32,000 bases of DNA from Chitinispirillaceae bacterium (GCA_050301235.1 JBNKZD010000210.1:1-32000); one strand, 5' to 3'; shown: positions 8,151-18,029, numbered from the stretch's first letter. Notes: generated by a model not told the origin, from the sequence alone. Program-made: numbers and translations.

Positions 8151-10403
8151 ATGAACAATCTGAAACACTCACTACTATTCATTTTGATTGTACTGCTGTC
8201 GCAAGCTGCAGGAATTGAAACAGATACGATATTCCCCGTTCCCGATATTCTTAAAAACAACGTGGCATTCTGGAAAAAAATTTATACCGAAATCTCTTTG
8301 AATGAAGGTGTTATTCATGATCGGGACTATCCCCTGGTGATCTATGAACGGTTAAAAGGCGATTACAACTCACCATCAGTTAAAGCGCGAAAGGATGCTA
8401 TAGCTGCATCATTGCGTTCGATAGTATCAAAACATGGCACTGGCCTCACCAAAGAGGAAGAAGCACTCTTCAAAATTTACAAAGAGTATGGTGATACAAC
8501 AGTTCTCAATGAAGCTGCAGACCGGATACGGTTTCAAATGGGACAGAAAGAGCGTTTTAAAGAGGGACTTGAACGATCAGGCCTCTATCTGGACACCATT
8601 CGTCAGATACTGAAAACATATGGAGTCCCTCAACGACTTGCATATCTTCCTCATGTTGAATCGTCATTCAATACTGAAGCATATTCCAAAGTTGGTGCAG
8701 CAGGACTCTGGCAGTTTATGCGCGGTACAGGGAAAATTTACGGAATGAAAATAGATTACTCCATTGATGAGCGGCGTGACCCGATAATCGCCAGTGTCGC
8801 AGCAGCAAAATACCTCTCCTCTGCCTATGCTGAACTTAAATCATGGCCGCTTGCAATCACCTCCTATAATCACGGTGTCTATGGGATGAAACGAGCTGTT
8901 GCAAAAACCGGCTCAAATGACATATCTGTAATAATCCAGAAATATTCAAGTCGTTCATTCCGGTTTGCATCAAGTAATTTCTACGGTTGTTTTTTGGCCG
9001 CAAGCGAGATTGCTGGTAATTATAAGATCCATTTCCCCGGAATAGTACTGCTTCCAGCTATCAAATTTACTGATACAAAACTGCCCTATTTCATAACACC
9101 AGACCTGCTCTGCACACTCGTCGGCATCACCCCCCAGCAACTGGCATCTCTTAACCCTGCAATACGCTCTTCAGTTTTTGAACAGAAAAAAAGATTACCA
9201 AAAGGCCTTGTACTCCATTTACCGGCAACTATCCGTAAGGAAAATATTCAGGTTGCATTCAATACACTTCCTGATTCTCTCAGGCAGTTAGGTCCCGAGC
9301 GCTCCAGTTATTACACTATCAACAAAGGTGACAACCTCTATAATATTGCAAGTCGACTTGGGGTCTCAGTAAAAGATCTTGCACTTGAAAATAACATAAC
9401 CAAGTATAACAGAATCTATGCCGGACAGGTTCTCCATGTGCCGGGTTCAGTAGCAGCGACAAAACCGATCGAAGTCGCTTCAACAGCTAAACCGGCAACT
9501 AAAAAGGGAAAAAAACAGGTGGAAACGGTTGTGGAATCCACACAGATTGAAGCAGCTGTAGAAATTGCTCAGGCTGAACTGGCTCAAATCACCCCTCCTG
9601 AAGACACTCCTCAGGTGGCGATGGCTGTAGCTCAGCTTTCAGAGTCACAGCAAACCAAGCCTGGCTCCACAAAACAGACGCCAGTAAAGGAAGCAAAAAT
9701 CGCTTCCACGAAAAAAGATGCTGTAAAGAGAGACACTACGCCGGTTGAACAGCTCAGCGATTCTCTTGAAGCTATCGCAATGGCACCGGCTCTTCCAGCA
9801 CCAGAGGTTTCATCAAAGACTAAACCGGTGTTGCCAACTGTGTTTGATGTCAGTCTCTACAACCTGGACGCAGTTATCTCATCGGGAGGCTCCCGGGCAG
9901 CAATTTATGTCAGCATCGATGAAACTATCGGCCATTACGCAGACTGGCTGGGCATTCCAACATGGCAGATCAGAAAGTTGAATGATATGGGACATGGTTC
10001 AAATATACGTGTCAATCAGAAGCTGATGATTCCTGTTGACAAACAGGATGCGCTCGACCGATTTTCATCAGCACGCCTTGAATACCATATGGCTATTGAG
10101 GAGGACTTTTATGCTCAGTACATGGTCTCTGATGTAAAATCTCACGTTGTAAAACGTGGTGAGACGATCTGGGATTTCTGTAATGATGGTGATGCAACAA
10201 TTCCTATCTGGCTGCTCAATAAGTATAATAAACAGGTTGATCTTGGTAAGTTAACACCCGGAATGACTGTCTGGATCCCTGAAATTTCTGAACTTACTCA
10301 GGAAGAGATTAATCGGCGCAATGCGATTCAGGCTCAACCAGCCCCACAGCCTGTGCGCATTCCAATTCAGCGATTGCCGCAGAAGAGTGAGATTACTCCC
10401 TAA
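8151..10403 (+). CDS. mltD: MltD-like membrane-associated lytic transglycosylase with LysM domains
   Basis: 750 aa; SLT domain (YLPHVESSFNTEAYSKVGAAGLWQFMRGTGKIYGMKIDYSIDERRDP...ITSYNHGVYGMKRA), LysM (YYTINKGDNLYNIASRLGVSVKDLALENNI...VLHVP) and two further LysM-like modules near the C-terminus, separated by a low-complexity A/K/T/P/Q linker. Confidence 0.92.
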   Translation: MNNLKHSLLFILIVLLSQAAGIETDTIFPVPDILKNNVAFWKKIYTEISLNEGVIHDRDYPLVIYERLKGDYNSPSVKARKDAIAASLRSIVSKHGTGLTKEEEALFKIYKEYGDTTVLNEAADRIRFQMGQKERFKEGLERSGLYLDTIRQILKTYGVPQRLAYLPHVESSFNTEAYSKVGAAGLWQFMRGTGKIYGMKIDYSIDERRDPIIASVAAAKYLSSAYAELKSWPLAITSYNHGVYGMKRAVAKTGSNDISVIIQKYSSRSFRFASSNFYGCFLAASEIAGNYKIHFPGIVLLPAIKFTDTKLPYFITPDLLCTLVGITPQQLASLNPAIRSSVFEQKKRLPKGLVLHLPATIRKENIQVAFNTLPDSLRQLGPERSSYYTINKGDNLYNIASRLGVSVKDLALENNITKYNRIYAGQVLHVPGSVAATKPIEVASTAKPATKKGKKQVETVVESTQIEAAVEIAQAELAQITPPEDTPQVAMAVAQLSESQQTKPGSTKQTPVKEAKIASTKKDAVKRDTTPVEQLSDSLEAIAMAPALPAPEVSSKTKPVLPTVFDVSLYNLDAVISSGGSRAAIYVSIDETIGHYADWLGIPTWQIRKLNDMGHGSNIRVNQKLMIPVDKQDALDRFSSARLEYHMAIEEDFYAQYMVSDVKSHVVKRGETIWDFCNDGDATIPIWLLNKYNKQVDLGKLTPGMTVWIPEISELTQEEINRRNAIQAQPAPQPVRIPIQRLPQKSEITP

Positions 10404-10465
10404 TCTGTATAGATTTTCTTGTGCTGATTAATTCCACAACGTAAGATACCTGAATCGCATCAGCC

Positions 10466-10538
10466 GGTCGTTGAGCGGAGTCGAAATGACAAGCGAGATG
10501 TGTGTAAAATGCGGCTGTCTCGACTCCGCTCGACGACC
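10466..10538. repeat. Intergenic inverted repeat (19-nt arms, 18/19 matching)
   Basis: ggtcgttgagcggagtcga (10466-10484) and tcgactccgctcgacgacc (10520-10538). Confidence 0.8.
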
Positions 10539-10578
10539 ATTTGAGCAATTCAAACATTGTAGAATTAAACAAGGTTAA

Positions 10579-12138
10579 TCACTTAGTAATCAGCACCGGA
10601 ACTTGTTTTCGCGGATATGGTACATCTTTTTGTTTTGAATCAATGCGGACAAAATACATTCCTGATGATAATTTGTTTACAGGAAGTGTAATATTGTCGC
10701 CATAAGCAGAACAAGTTGTTATACGCTTCCCGCTGCAATCCATTAATTCGATATTCCGCACCCTGTTATAATTTGCATTCAAAATTTTTAGAGAAGACCC
10801 ATTTCTAATGACTGAAATGGGATCATCTTTTTTCTTTTTAATAGTTTGATGACTAATCCCAACTGAATCATCTTTTGCATCATAGCACACGCATTTTATA
10901 TGCTCATACATATCCAGGTACGCACTCCAATAAGTAATTACCCTGCATGGGAAAAAAACATTATCAATAGCAAGATTCCCTGTCGCGCCTTCTGCGCCCT
11001 GCACTTTCCATTCGATTTTGGCAAGCTTTGATGTGTTAAGTCCTTCCACAGCTGAATTAACCCAATCCTGATGAATTTTTAAAGAATCAAAGGGGATATT
11101 AACAGTCACCCACTTACCATTTGTCGGAGGGAATCGTCTGAAATGAACAACTCCGTTCCCACGTGAATCTTTTCTTTCCGGATAATTTTTATCTCCTACA
11201 TCCAGCATATCTCTAACTTCAAGTGCAACATATGAGATCTCACCTGTCGTATTATACTGAAAATACATATTTTTAACATTCTCTGTCTTAGCATCCCAAT
11301 AAGTTGCAGTTGAAGAATCGTATAAATTACAACCTATCCCGACAAATCCACGTTCATCAATATCAGTAGTAGTTTTCACGGATTCACCGATTCTGTAAGT
11401 TAGGAACGCGCCTTTATCCATACCACTATACCCCGTTCCATCGAGCAATTTCAATTCGTAAAGTCCATTTGGTGTACTTCTGGTTGCTCCATCAATTATG
11501 CTTGAAGAGCCGCCATATTGTATATCATCAAAAGCATACCAGAATGTGCCGGATGTAACTTTACTGTATTTTACTTCTTTATCAAATGAGTTAAATAGGG
11601 CATTTCCGGAGGATATTGAATCAATTTCAAAGGTCTGGACATTAAATGAAATAGCCAACGAGTCCCTTCGGGCTCTGATTTTAAATCTGATCGCCTCAGC
11701 TCCAGAAAGATCTACCCACTTACCAGAAGGTGCAATATTTGTCCCTATTCCCACAAATGGAACTGCATCCCAACCCGCAGGTGTTGTAAAAGCATCTCCA
11801 AATGTAAATGGCAATGTTGCAAAATGGTTTACACCTATAGAATCAGTACTGAATTTGTATGTTTTTACCTGATGCGTATCAGAAGTATCCCCCCTGAACA
11901 TCCTCGAGTGTATGGTATATGGGACATTAACAACAGATGCAACTGAGTGGGGAGCAGCCTGTGGACGATCGTTTGCCCCTACTCGATAATTATCATCATA
12001 GTAATACCAGGGGTAATCAAACTCATTAAATTTGTCATCGAACTTGGAATCGAGAACCAAATCTGCCCGAATACTATCTGAAAACAGAACCAGGACAAAA
12101 GCGATACTGATGCATACTGACATTTTGATATTAATCAA
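10579..12138 (-). CDS. Secreted protein with CBM/CIA30-like beta-sandwich regions and C-terminal T9SS type A-like sorting domain
   Basis: 519 aa; signal peptide; segments ADLVLDSKFDDKFNEFDYPWYYYDD..., SKLAKIEWKVQGAEGATGNLAIDNVFF; C-term NIELMDCSGKRITTCSAYGDNITLPVNKLSSGMYFVRI. Confidence 0.75.
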   Translation of the reverse strand: MINIKMSVCISIAFVLVLFSDSIRADLVLDSKFDDKFNEFDYPWYYYDDNYRVGANDRPQAAPHSVASVVNVPYTIHSRMFRGDTSDTHQVKTYKFSTDSIGVNHFATLPFTFGDAFTTPAGWDAVPFVGIGTNIAPSGKWVDLSGAEAIRFKIRARRDSLAISFNVQTFEIDSISSGNALFNSFDKEVKYSKVTSGTFWYAFDDIQYGGSSSIIDGATRSTPNGLYELKLLDGTGYSGMDKGAFLTYRIGESVKTTTDIDERGFVGIGCNLYDSSTATYWDAKTENVKNMYFQYNTTGEISYVALEVRDMLDVGDKNYPERKDSRGNGVVHFRRFPPTNGKWVTVNIPFDSLKIHQDWVNSAVEGLNTSKLAKIEWKVQGAEGATGNLAIDNVFFPCRVITYWSAYLDMYEHIKCVCYDAKDDSVGISHQTIKKKKDDPISVIRNGSSLKILNANYNRVRNIELMDCSGKRITTCSAYGDNITLPVNKLSSGMYFVRIDSKQKDVPYPRKQVPVLITK

Positions 12139-12179
12139 GGTAAAATCTCCTCTTTTTTTCAGCTATAATATGGATATTC

Positions 12180-12433
12180 GGGTATGCACTTTATTGGTAT
12201 CAGAACACTCAACGATTCACATATCGCCTCACCTCACATTCGACTTCGCTCAGTGCAACGCCTCGGTCCCTCTCTCCATTAGTAAATGGAGAGGGGGAAG
12301 ATCAATAATCGCATTTTCTTACTCCCTTTCTCCACGAGTGGAGAGAGGGCTGGGGAGAGAGGCGACGGCGGATTCTGTGGTGCTTGAGTTGTCTGTTTAA
12401 AAAATGCTGCTTACACCAACCAAGTGCATACCC
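12180..12433. repeat. ~254 bp intergenic element with 19-nt terminal inverted repeats
   Basis: gggtatgcactttattggt (12180-12198) versus accaaccaagtgcataccc (12415-12433), 17/19 complementary; internal hairpins ctctccattagtaaatggagagg and ccctttctccacgagtggagagaggg. Confidence 0.7.
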
Positions 12434-12515
12434 ATATATGAATAAATGACTTAAGTATTTTAGTGCTGAATTAAAATTTCACCGTTCAAGTATATTAAAA
12501 GGACATCTCAGATAG

Positions 12516-13538
12516 TTAGTTCCTGCTGTATATTTTTTCGTAATGTAAGCCACCTGTTTCGATCGAATAATTCTGGACCGTTTTCAGCCCGTTTGCTACA
12601 AGTGTTCCCCGTAATTTCGTATCGTTAACTATTCTTTGTAATGTGGAACCTAAATGCTCCGGTTCACATATCAGGCCATTTTCATTATTAGTGATTATTT
12701 CCGAAATCCCCGGATTCGCAGTAGCAACAACCGCACATCCACACGCGGCAGCTTCAATAGCAGGCACACCAAACCCCTCATAAGAACTTGCCATACAATA
12801 GATCCATGATCGCTGATAGTGTTGCACAAGTTCCTGTTCACTGCATGTTTTAATATGGATGACATTTTTCCCTGCACAAGGTTGCGGTCCGATTACAGTA
12901 AGGGTACAATCGGGGTGTTCACGAAGAATCTGATTTTCAAATGTATTGAGAAGTAACCTTCCTCTCTTCCTGCTGTCAAGATCGCCAAGAAAGAGTATCG
13001 ATGGGTACGTTGTCTTTTTTGTGATTTCGTATCTGTACAGATCAAGTGAAACAGAACAATTTATTACCCTGTTTATTCGAGGAAGTCGTTTACGAGTTGC
13101 ATCAGAAATGCCAATACAAATACCTTTTTTAAAACAGGAGATCCATTCAAAAAAGTAAAAGAGTGATTGATACAACCAACGTGAAATTGTCGTTGCATGA
13201 AGCGCTTCATCAAGAGCAGATCCGTAGAATGTTCTTACCCTGTTTTTCCTTCCCCTGCAAAGGTAATCGTCACCATGATAATGAACGATATCAAACATAC
13301 CGACTGGAATTTTTCTGAACGCGATTGCCGGATAGACTTTTTGAAAGAAACGGTTACCTGTTTTCCATGGGAGCTGAACAACTTCATATAGTGCATCGGA
13401 AGGTTTCGGACTGAAAGTGAAGCAGGTCACCGAATGTCCATTCTTAACCAACTGTTGTGCCAGGCGATGGACCTGAACCGACACCCCTGATGGTTTATCT
13501 GAAGGAAGGTATTTACTGAAAAATGCTACTGTACTCAT
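12516..13538 (-). CDS. Glycosyltransferase family 4 protein
   Basis: 340 aa; SGVSVQVHRLAQQLVKNGHSVTCFTF, VIGPQPCAGKNVIHI, SYEGFGVPAIEAAACGCAVVATANPGISEIITNNENGLI (GT-B / GT4 signature). Confidence 0.93.
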   Translation of the reverse strand: MSTVAFFSKYLPSDKPSGVSVQVHRLAQQLVKNGHSVTCFTFSPKPSDALYEVVQLPWKTGNRFFQKVYPAIAFRKIPVGMFDIVHYHGDDYLCRGRKNRVRTFYGSALDEALHATTISRWLYQSLFYFFEWISCFKKGICIGISDATRKRLPRINRVINCSVSLDLYRYEITKKTTYPSILFLGDLDSRKRGRLLLNTFENQILREHPDCTLTVIGPQPCAGKNVIHIKTCSEQELVQHYQRSWIYCMASSYEGFGVPAIEAAACGCAVVATANPGISEIITNNENGLICEPEHLGSTLQRIVNDTKLRGTLVANGLKTVQNYSIETGGLHYEKIYSRN

Positions 13539-14474
13539 TTACAAGAACAGAACCTTTTTGTATTTAATTGATCCATATAGCAACGCGCCTGTTAATACAA
13601 CCGGGGCAAAAATCACAGATACCATCTCTTTTACCAGACTGGCAGGCGCAACAGGTTTCAACTCAGTTCTACGCAATGTAAAAAGCAGTGCAATAATCGT
13701 TGAGATCGAAGCTGCGCGACGAAAACTGAACAAACCTGCAATCATTAAAAATACCGGAAGAAATATCACAGAACTTATGAGTATCGATAGGGGAAATGGT
13801 GATTTTATATATTGACGATACAGTTCCGGATACTTTTTATAGAGAAGTGGATCAAATCGTCTATTGATACAGTTTTTTAAAAGATCCCAGGGCTCCCCCT
13901 CACGGAACCGATGACTCAATCGTATATCCCTGCAATACTCAATTTTTTTCCCGATAGAAAGGAGTGAAAATGCCAGATCAATGTCTTCCCTTTGAACAGA
14001 AAAACGCGTGTCAAAAAGCCCAACTTCAACAAGGTCTGATTTCCGGTAAAAAATATTATTTGTCCTGAACCCCTGTTTTTCAAGTCGCCGGTATTCTTTC
14101 AGTATCCGTCCATCACCTTCGTAATCGATAGTAGTGTACCCTTCCACCCCTGCCACACTCTGATTTTTATCGAGATACGCCACACCATCTGCAGCCCATG
14201 TCAATGATGGTTTACAATCATCATCAATAAATGCCACATAAATCCCGTTTGCATTACGTATTCCCTCATTTCGCTTTTTACTGATACTGAGATCCGGATA
14301 AAAAAACCATCTGATTTCCGGGTATTTTTCAGACAATGCGACATTTGGATAATCCGTAACAATGATTACCTCATACTCTGCGTGACCGATACTATTCTGG
14401 GAAAGAAGTAAACCAGCAAGTTCATCTATCCATTTTTTTCGATGTGATGCAACAACGATTGAAAGATTTGGCAT
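13539..14474 (-). CDS. Glycosyltransferase family 2 protein
   Basis: 311 aa; LSIVVASHRKK, KNEGIRNANGIYVAFIDDDCKPSLTWAADGVAYLD, REDIDLAFSLL; C-terminal TM segments. Confidence 0.92.
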   Translation of the reverse strand: MPNLSIVVASHRKKWIDELAGLLLSQNSIGHAEYEVIIVTDYPNVALSEKYPEIRWFFYPDLSISKKRNEGIRNANGIYVAFIDDDCKPSLTWAADGVAYLDKNQSVAGVEGYTTIDYEGDGRILKEYRRLEKQGFRTNNIFYRKSDLVEVGLFDTRFSVQREDIDLAFSLLSIGKKIEYCRDIRLSHRFREGEPWDLLKNCINRRFDPLLYKKYPELYRQYIKSPFPLSILISSVIFLPVFLMIAGLFSFRRAASISTIIALLFTLRRTELKPVAPASLVKEMVSVIFAPVVLTGALLYGSIKYKKVLFL

Positions 14475-14792
14475 TTTTTAATCCAGCGAGGCCTCAAATG
14501 AGTTTATGCATACGCGCACTGCAAACCTCAAAATACATTTCTAACCTTTAACAATTTAATCAGTAACTTATTTATCAGACGGACATGCTACACATATTAT
14601 ACAGTATATATCCTGACATACTCTTAAAAAAATTAACAACAATCTTCATTCGACCACATCTTTTATTGCTTTGAATGAGAAAAACAGCTATATTTCGTTA
14701 TGTGACGAATTATGAAGATAGGTCGGTAACAGATATAGATGCCAAATATATAAGCTAGCATCTTCCATTAAAACCGAAGAAAGAGTTCCAAT

Positions 14793-15206
14793 ATGATGGA
14801 AAAAACTGAAAAAAAAATGGAACTATTAGTGGATATTGCCAAAGCGCTTTCCGATTCAAACCGGGTCCGCGCACTTGCGGCATTGCAACATGGCGAATTA
14901 TGTGTATGCCAGCTGATCGAATTACTGAAACTGGCGCCATCAACCGTCTCAAAACACATGTCAATTCTTAAACAAGCTGGTCTGGTAGAGAGCAGAAAAG
15001 ACAGCAGGTGGGTTTATTACCGGCTGCCCGAACAGGGTGTGCATCTGTTAGCAGACCGCATTATTGATCTGACACAGACATATATTGAAAATGACCTGCG
15101 TATATTAAGGGACAAAAACGAACTGCTGCACATCCGGAGCAGTGGAAACATCCCATTATGTAATGTAAAATATTCAGGTATGGTCAAAGGAGATTGTTGT
15201 GAATAA
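14793..15206 (+). CDS. arsR: ArsR-family metalloregulator of the ars operon
   Basis: 137 aa wHTH: ALSDSNRVRALAALQHGELCVCQLIELLKLAPSTVSKHMSILKQAGLVESRKDSRWVYY; ELCVC metalloid-binding motif. Confidence 0.93.
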   Translation: MMEKTEKKMELLVDIAKALSDSNRVRALAALQHGELCVCQLIELLKLAPSTVSKHMSILKQAGLVESRKDSRWVYYRLPEQGVHLLADRIIDLTQTYIENDLRILRDKNELLHIRSSGNIPLCNVKYSGMVKGDCCE

Positions 15207-15630
15207 ATTAAAAATCCTTTTTCTCTGTACCGGTAATTCATGCCGCAGCCAGATGGCTGAAGGATGGGCTAAAAAACTTAAAAATGATATCATCGAGCCC
15301 TATTCTGCCGGAATAGAGACGCACGGAATGAACCCCAACGCTGTACGTGTAATGTCTGAATCGGGAGTTGACATTTCAAGCCACCATTCCAAGCATCTGA
15401 ATGAAATCAAAGATGTCCCGTTTGACTGGGTAATTACCGTTTGTGATAATGCCAATGAAAGCTGCCCGGTTTTTCCTGGAAATGTAAAGCGCTTTCATAT
15501 CAGCTTTGATGATCCGCCGAAACTTGCGAAAAGTGCAAAATCAGAGCAGGAAGCACTTGATTGTTACCGGCGGGTACGGGATCAGATCAGGAATTTTGTA
15601 AAGAAATTACCTGGAGTACTTGAAGAATAG
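15199..15630 (+). CDS. arsC: Arsenate reductase, LMW-PTP type (thioredoxin-coupled)
   Basis: 143 aa; KILFLCTGNSCRSQMAEGWAKKL P-loop, VCDNANESCPVFP; overlaps arsR end by 8 bp. Confidence 0.95.
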   Translation: MNKLKILFLCTGNSCRSQMAEGWAKKLKNDIIEPYSAGIETHGMNPNAVRVMSESGVDISSHHSKHLNEIKDVPFDWVITVCDNANESCPVFPGNVKRFHISFDDPPKLAKSAKSEQEALDCYRRVRDQIRNFVKKLPGVLEE

Positions 15631-15649
15631 AAATTCACGGTTTTCGCGT

Positions 15650-15763
15650 GCGCCTCACCCCCTCGGTCCCCCTCTCCATTAGTAAATAAAGAGGAGGAGG
15701 TGGGAAGAAAAATGCGCAGGCTCCCTTTCTCCACGAGTGGAGAGAGGATTGGGGTGAGAGGCG
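15650..15763. repeat. Structured intergenic repeat related to the core of 12180-12433
   Basis: cgcctcacccc ... ggggtgagaggcg outer arms; internal cctctccattagtaaa and ccctttctccacgagtggagagagg shared almost exactly with 12264-12360. Confidence 0.75.
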
Positions 15764-15873
15764 AGAAGAATGGTATGAGCGCTGAGATTGCATAATTCGC
15801 GCTCGCCTACCCCCGAGCTGAACATGGGCGTCAACTTAATATTAACAATGAATAATGTCCTGGAGATGACACA

Positions 15874-16941
15874 ATGCAGAAAGCCAAAAACAACGAAATC
15901 AGCTTTTTTGAAAAATATCTCACCATATGGGTCATTCTATGTATGGTTACAGGAGTACTCATTGGTAAATTTTATCCATCACTTCCGGCTTTTTTATCAC
16001 AGTTTGAATATGCGAATGTCTCGATTCCTATCGCAATACTTATCTGGTTGATGATTTACCCGATGATGATGAAAGTTGATTTTGTCAGCATAAAAAATGT
16101 TCGCAAAAATCCAAAAGGACTCTACGTAACCTGGATCGCTAACTGGTTGATCAAACCATTTACAATGTATGCGATAGCATGGTTCTTTTTTTATGTTGTA
16201 TTCAAGAGCTTTATTTCACCGGATCTTGCTAAAAGTTATCTCGCTGGTGCTATATTATTAGGTGCCGCACCATGCACAGCAATGGTATTTGTCTGGAGTC
16301 ATCTGACAAAAGGAAATCCTGCGTATACGGTGGTACAGGTTGCTACAAATGACCTGATTATTCTTGTTGCATTTACACCGATAGTAGGGCTGCTTCTTGG
16401 TATTGGCGGGATTACGATTCCATGGAATACGCTATTGCTATCAGTTCTCCTGTTCGTTGTTATTCCTTTGACAGCGGGATTTATTACGAGGATACAGGTT
16501 ATTAAATCTAAAGGTGACGAATATTTCAGAAAATCATTTTTACCCAAATTTAACAATGTTACTATTGGCGGATTATTACTGACACTTATTCTCATTTTCT
16601 CATTCCAGGGAGAGGTTATAACAAACAATCCCTGGCACATTCTGCTCATTGCAGTTCCACTCACACTGCAAACTGTTTTTATTTTTTTCCTTTCCTATCT
16701 GGGAGCAAGATGGCTGCGACTGAGTCATGATATTGCTGCACCGGCAAGTATGATTGGCGCTTCTAATTTTTTTGAGCTTTCAGTAGCGGTGGCCATATCA
16801 CTCTTCGGAACATCATCACCTGCTGCATTGGCGACAATAGTCGGAGTCCTCGTTGAAGTACCGGTTATGCTATTACTGGTAAATATCGCAAACCATACAA
16901 CACACTGGTTTTCAGGTGAAAAGAAACTCGATTTGACTTAA
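15874..16941 (+). CDS. acr3: Arsenite efflux transporter, ACR3 family
   Basis: 355 aa; MIYPMMMKVDF, LGAAPCTAMVFVWSHLTKGNPAYTVVQVATNDLIILVAFTPIV, ASNFFELSVAVAISLFG are Acr3 signatures. Confidence 0.95.
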   Translation: MQKAKNNEISFFEKYLTIWVILCMVTGVLIGKFYPSLPAFLSQFEYANVSIPIAILIWLMIYPMMMKVDFVSIKNVRKNPKGLYVTWIANWLIKPFTMYAIAWFFFYVVFKSFISPDLAKSYLAGAILLGAAPCTAMVFVWSHLTKGNPAYTVVQVATNDLIILVAFTPIVGLLLGIGGITIPWNTLLLSVLLFVVIPLTAGFITRIQVIKSKGDEYFRKSFLPKFNNVTIGGLLLTLILIFSFQGEVITNNPWHILLIAVPLTLQTVFIFFLSYLGARWLRLSHDIAAPASMIGASNFFELSVAVAISLFGTSSPAALATIVGVLVEVPVMLLLVNIANHTTHWFSGEKKLDLT

Positions 16942-17002
16942 TGTTTTGTACTAAAATTCTTTTTTAAACCATTTTTTTTACTCAAACAACTTGAGGTCTG
17001 TT

Positions 17003-17203
17003 ATGAAAACTTTCAAATTTGTTTTGACAATCACATTACCAGTATTTGTGGGGATAATTATTGTAGTAGTGATTTCAAGGAAAAACCCCAATTTAATGGC
17101 TGAATTTCGAAAGATGATGATGAAAATGTGTGAAAAAATGATAGCAAGTGGGAAATGTCCAATGGACTGCTGCAAAAAAATGATGGAAAAACATAGCAAA
17201 TAA
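17003..17203 (+). CDS. Small membrane protein with Met/Cys-rich tail in ars operon, unknown function
   Basis: ORF 16991-17203; likely ATG at 17003 (MKTFKFVLTITLPVFVGIIIVVVISRKNPNLMAEFRKMMMKMCEKMIASGKCPMDCCKKMMEKHSK). Sits between acr3 and arsM on the same strand with short gaps. Confidence 0.7.
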   Translation: MKTFKFVLTITLPVFVGIIIVVVISRKNPNLMAEFRKMMMKMCEKMIASGKCPMDCCKKMMEKHSK

Positions 17204-17216
17204 AAGGAGTCAAAAG

Positions 17217-18017
17217 ATGCAGAAAATGGATGGAAACGAAATTCTTCAGGCGGTCAGAGAAAATTACGCGAAAGTAGCAGTAGCATCAGGGTCATCCGGA
17301 TGTGGTTGCAGTGGTTCTTCATGCTGTAGCCCGGTCAGTTCTGATGCAGCTAAAGAGATCAGTGCCAACCTGGGCTACTCACAGGAAGAACTAGCATCGG
17401 TGCCCGAAGGTGCCAATATGGGATTGGGCTGTGGGAACCCGCAACAGATCGCATCACTCAAAGCCGGTGAAACGATTCTTGACCTGGGATGCGGTGGTGG
17501 GTTTGACTGTTTTCTTGCAGCAAAAAAGGTTGGCAAAGACGGCAAGGTTATTGGTGTGGATATGACCCCTGAAATGGTAAGCAAAGCTCGAAAAAATGTC
17601 AGCGGTTCTGAGTTTGGCAACATTGACATAAGATTGGGCGAGATAGAAAACCTTCCCGTGGCTGACAACAGCATTGATGTCATCATGTCCAACTGTGTTA
17701 TCAACCTCTCCCCCAACAAGCTACGCGTGTTTACAGAAGCTTATCGTGTGTTGAAAACGGGTGGCCGCCTCGCAGTCAGCGATGTCATTGCATCATCACC
17801 AATCGAAGACAACATTAAAGCAGATCTGGTTTTACACGCAGCCTGCATTTCGGGAGCATCGACCAGTGATGAAGTAATTTCCATGTTGCAGAGTACCGGA
17901 TTCCACAACATTGAAGTTATCCCGAAAGAAAGTAGTAAAACGTTTATAAAGGATTGGGCGCCCGGAAGTGGCGCGGAGAATTTTGTAGTCTCGGCAGATA
18001 TTACGGCGGTTAAATAA
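17217..18017 (+). CDS. arsM: Arsenite S-adenosylmethionine methyltransferase
   Basis: 266 aa; GCGCSGSSCCSP N-term Cys motif, GETILDLGCGGGFDCFLAAKKVGKDGKVIGVDMTPEMV, SNCVINLSPNKLRVFTEAYRVLKTGGRLAVSDV, ACISGA. Confidence 0.95.
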   Translation: MQKMDGNEILQAVRENYAKVAVASGSSGCGCSGSSCCSPVSSDAAKEISANLGYSQEELASVPEGANMGLGCGNPQQIASLKAGETILDLGCGGGFDCFLAAKKVGKDGKVIGVDMTPEMVSKARKNVSGSEFGNIDIRLGEIENLPVADNSIDVIMSNCVINLSPNKLRVFTEAYRVLKTGGRLAVSDVIASSPIEDNIKADLVLHAACISGASTSDEVISMLQSTGFHNIEVIPKESSKTFIKDWAPGSGAENFVVSADITAVK

Positions 18018-18029
18018 TTAAGGGGCTGG

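Noticed and set aside
12516-14474. Possible start of a polysaccharide biosynthesis island
   Set aside because: Only two glycosyltransferases are present with no flippase, polymerase or sugar nucleotide genes; insufficient to call a locus.
17375-17719. Antisense ORF inside arsM (114 aa)
   Set aside because: Lies fully opposite a strongly supported arsM reading frame; composition is that of a shadow ORF.
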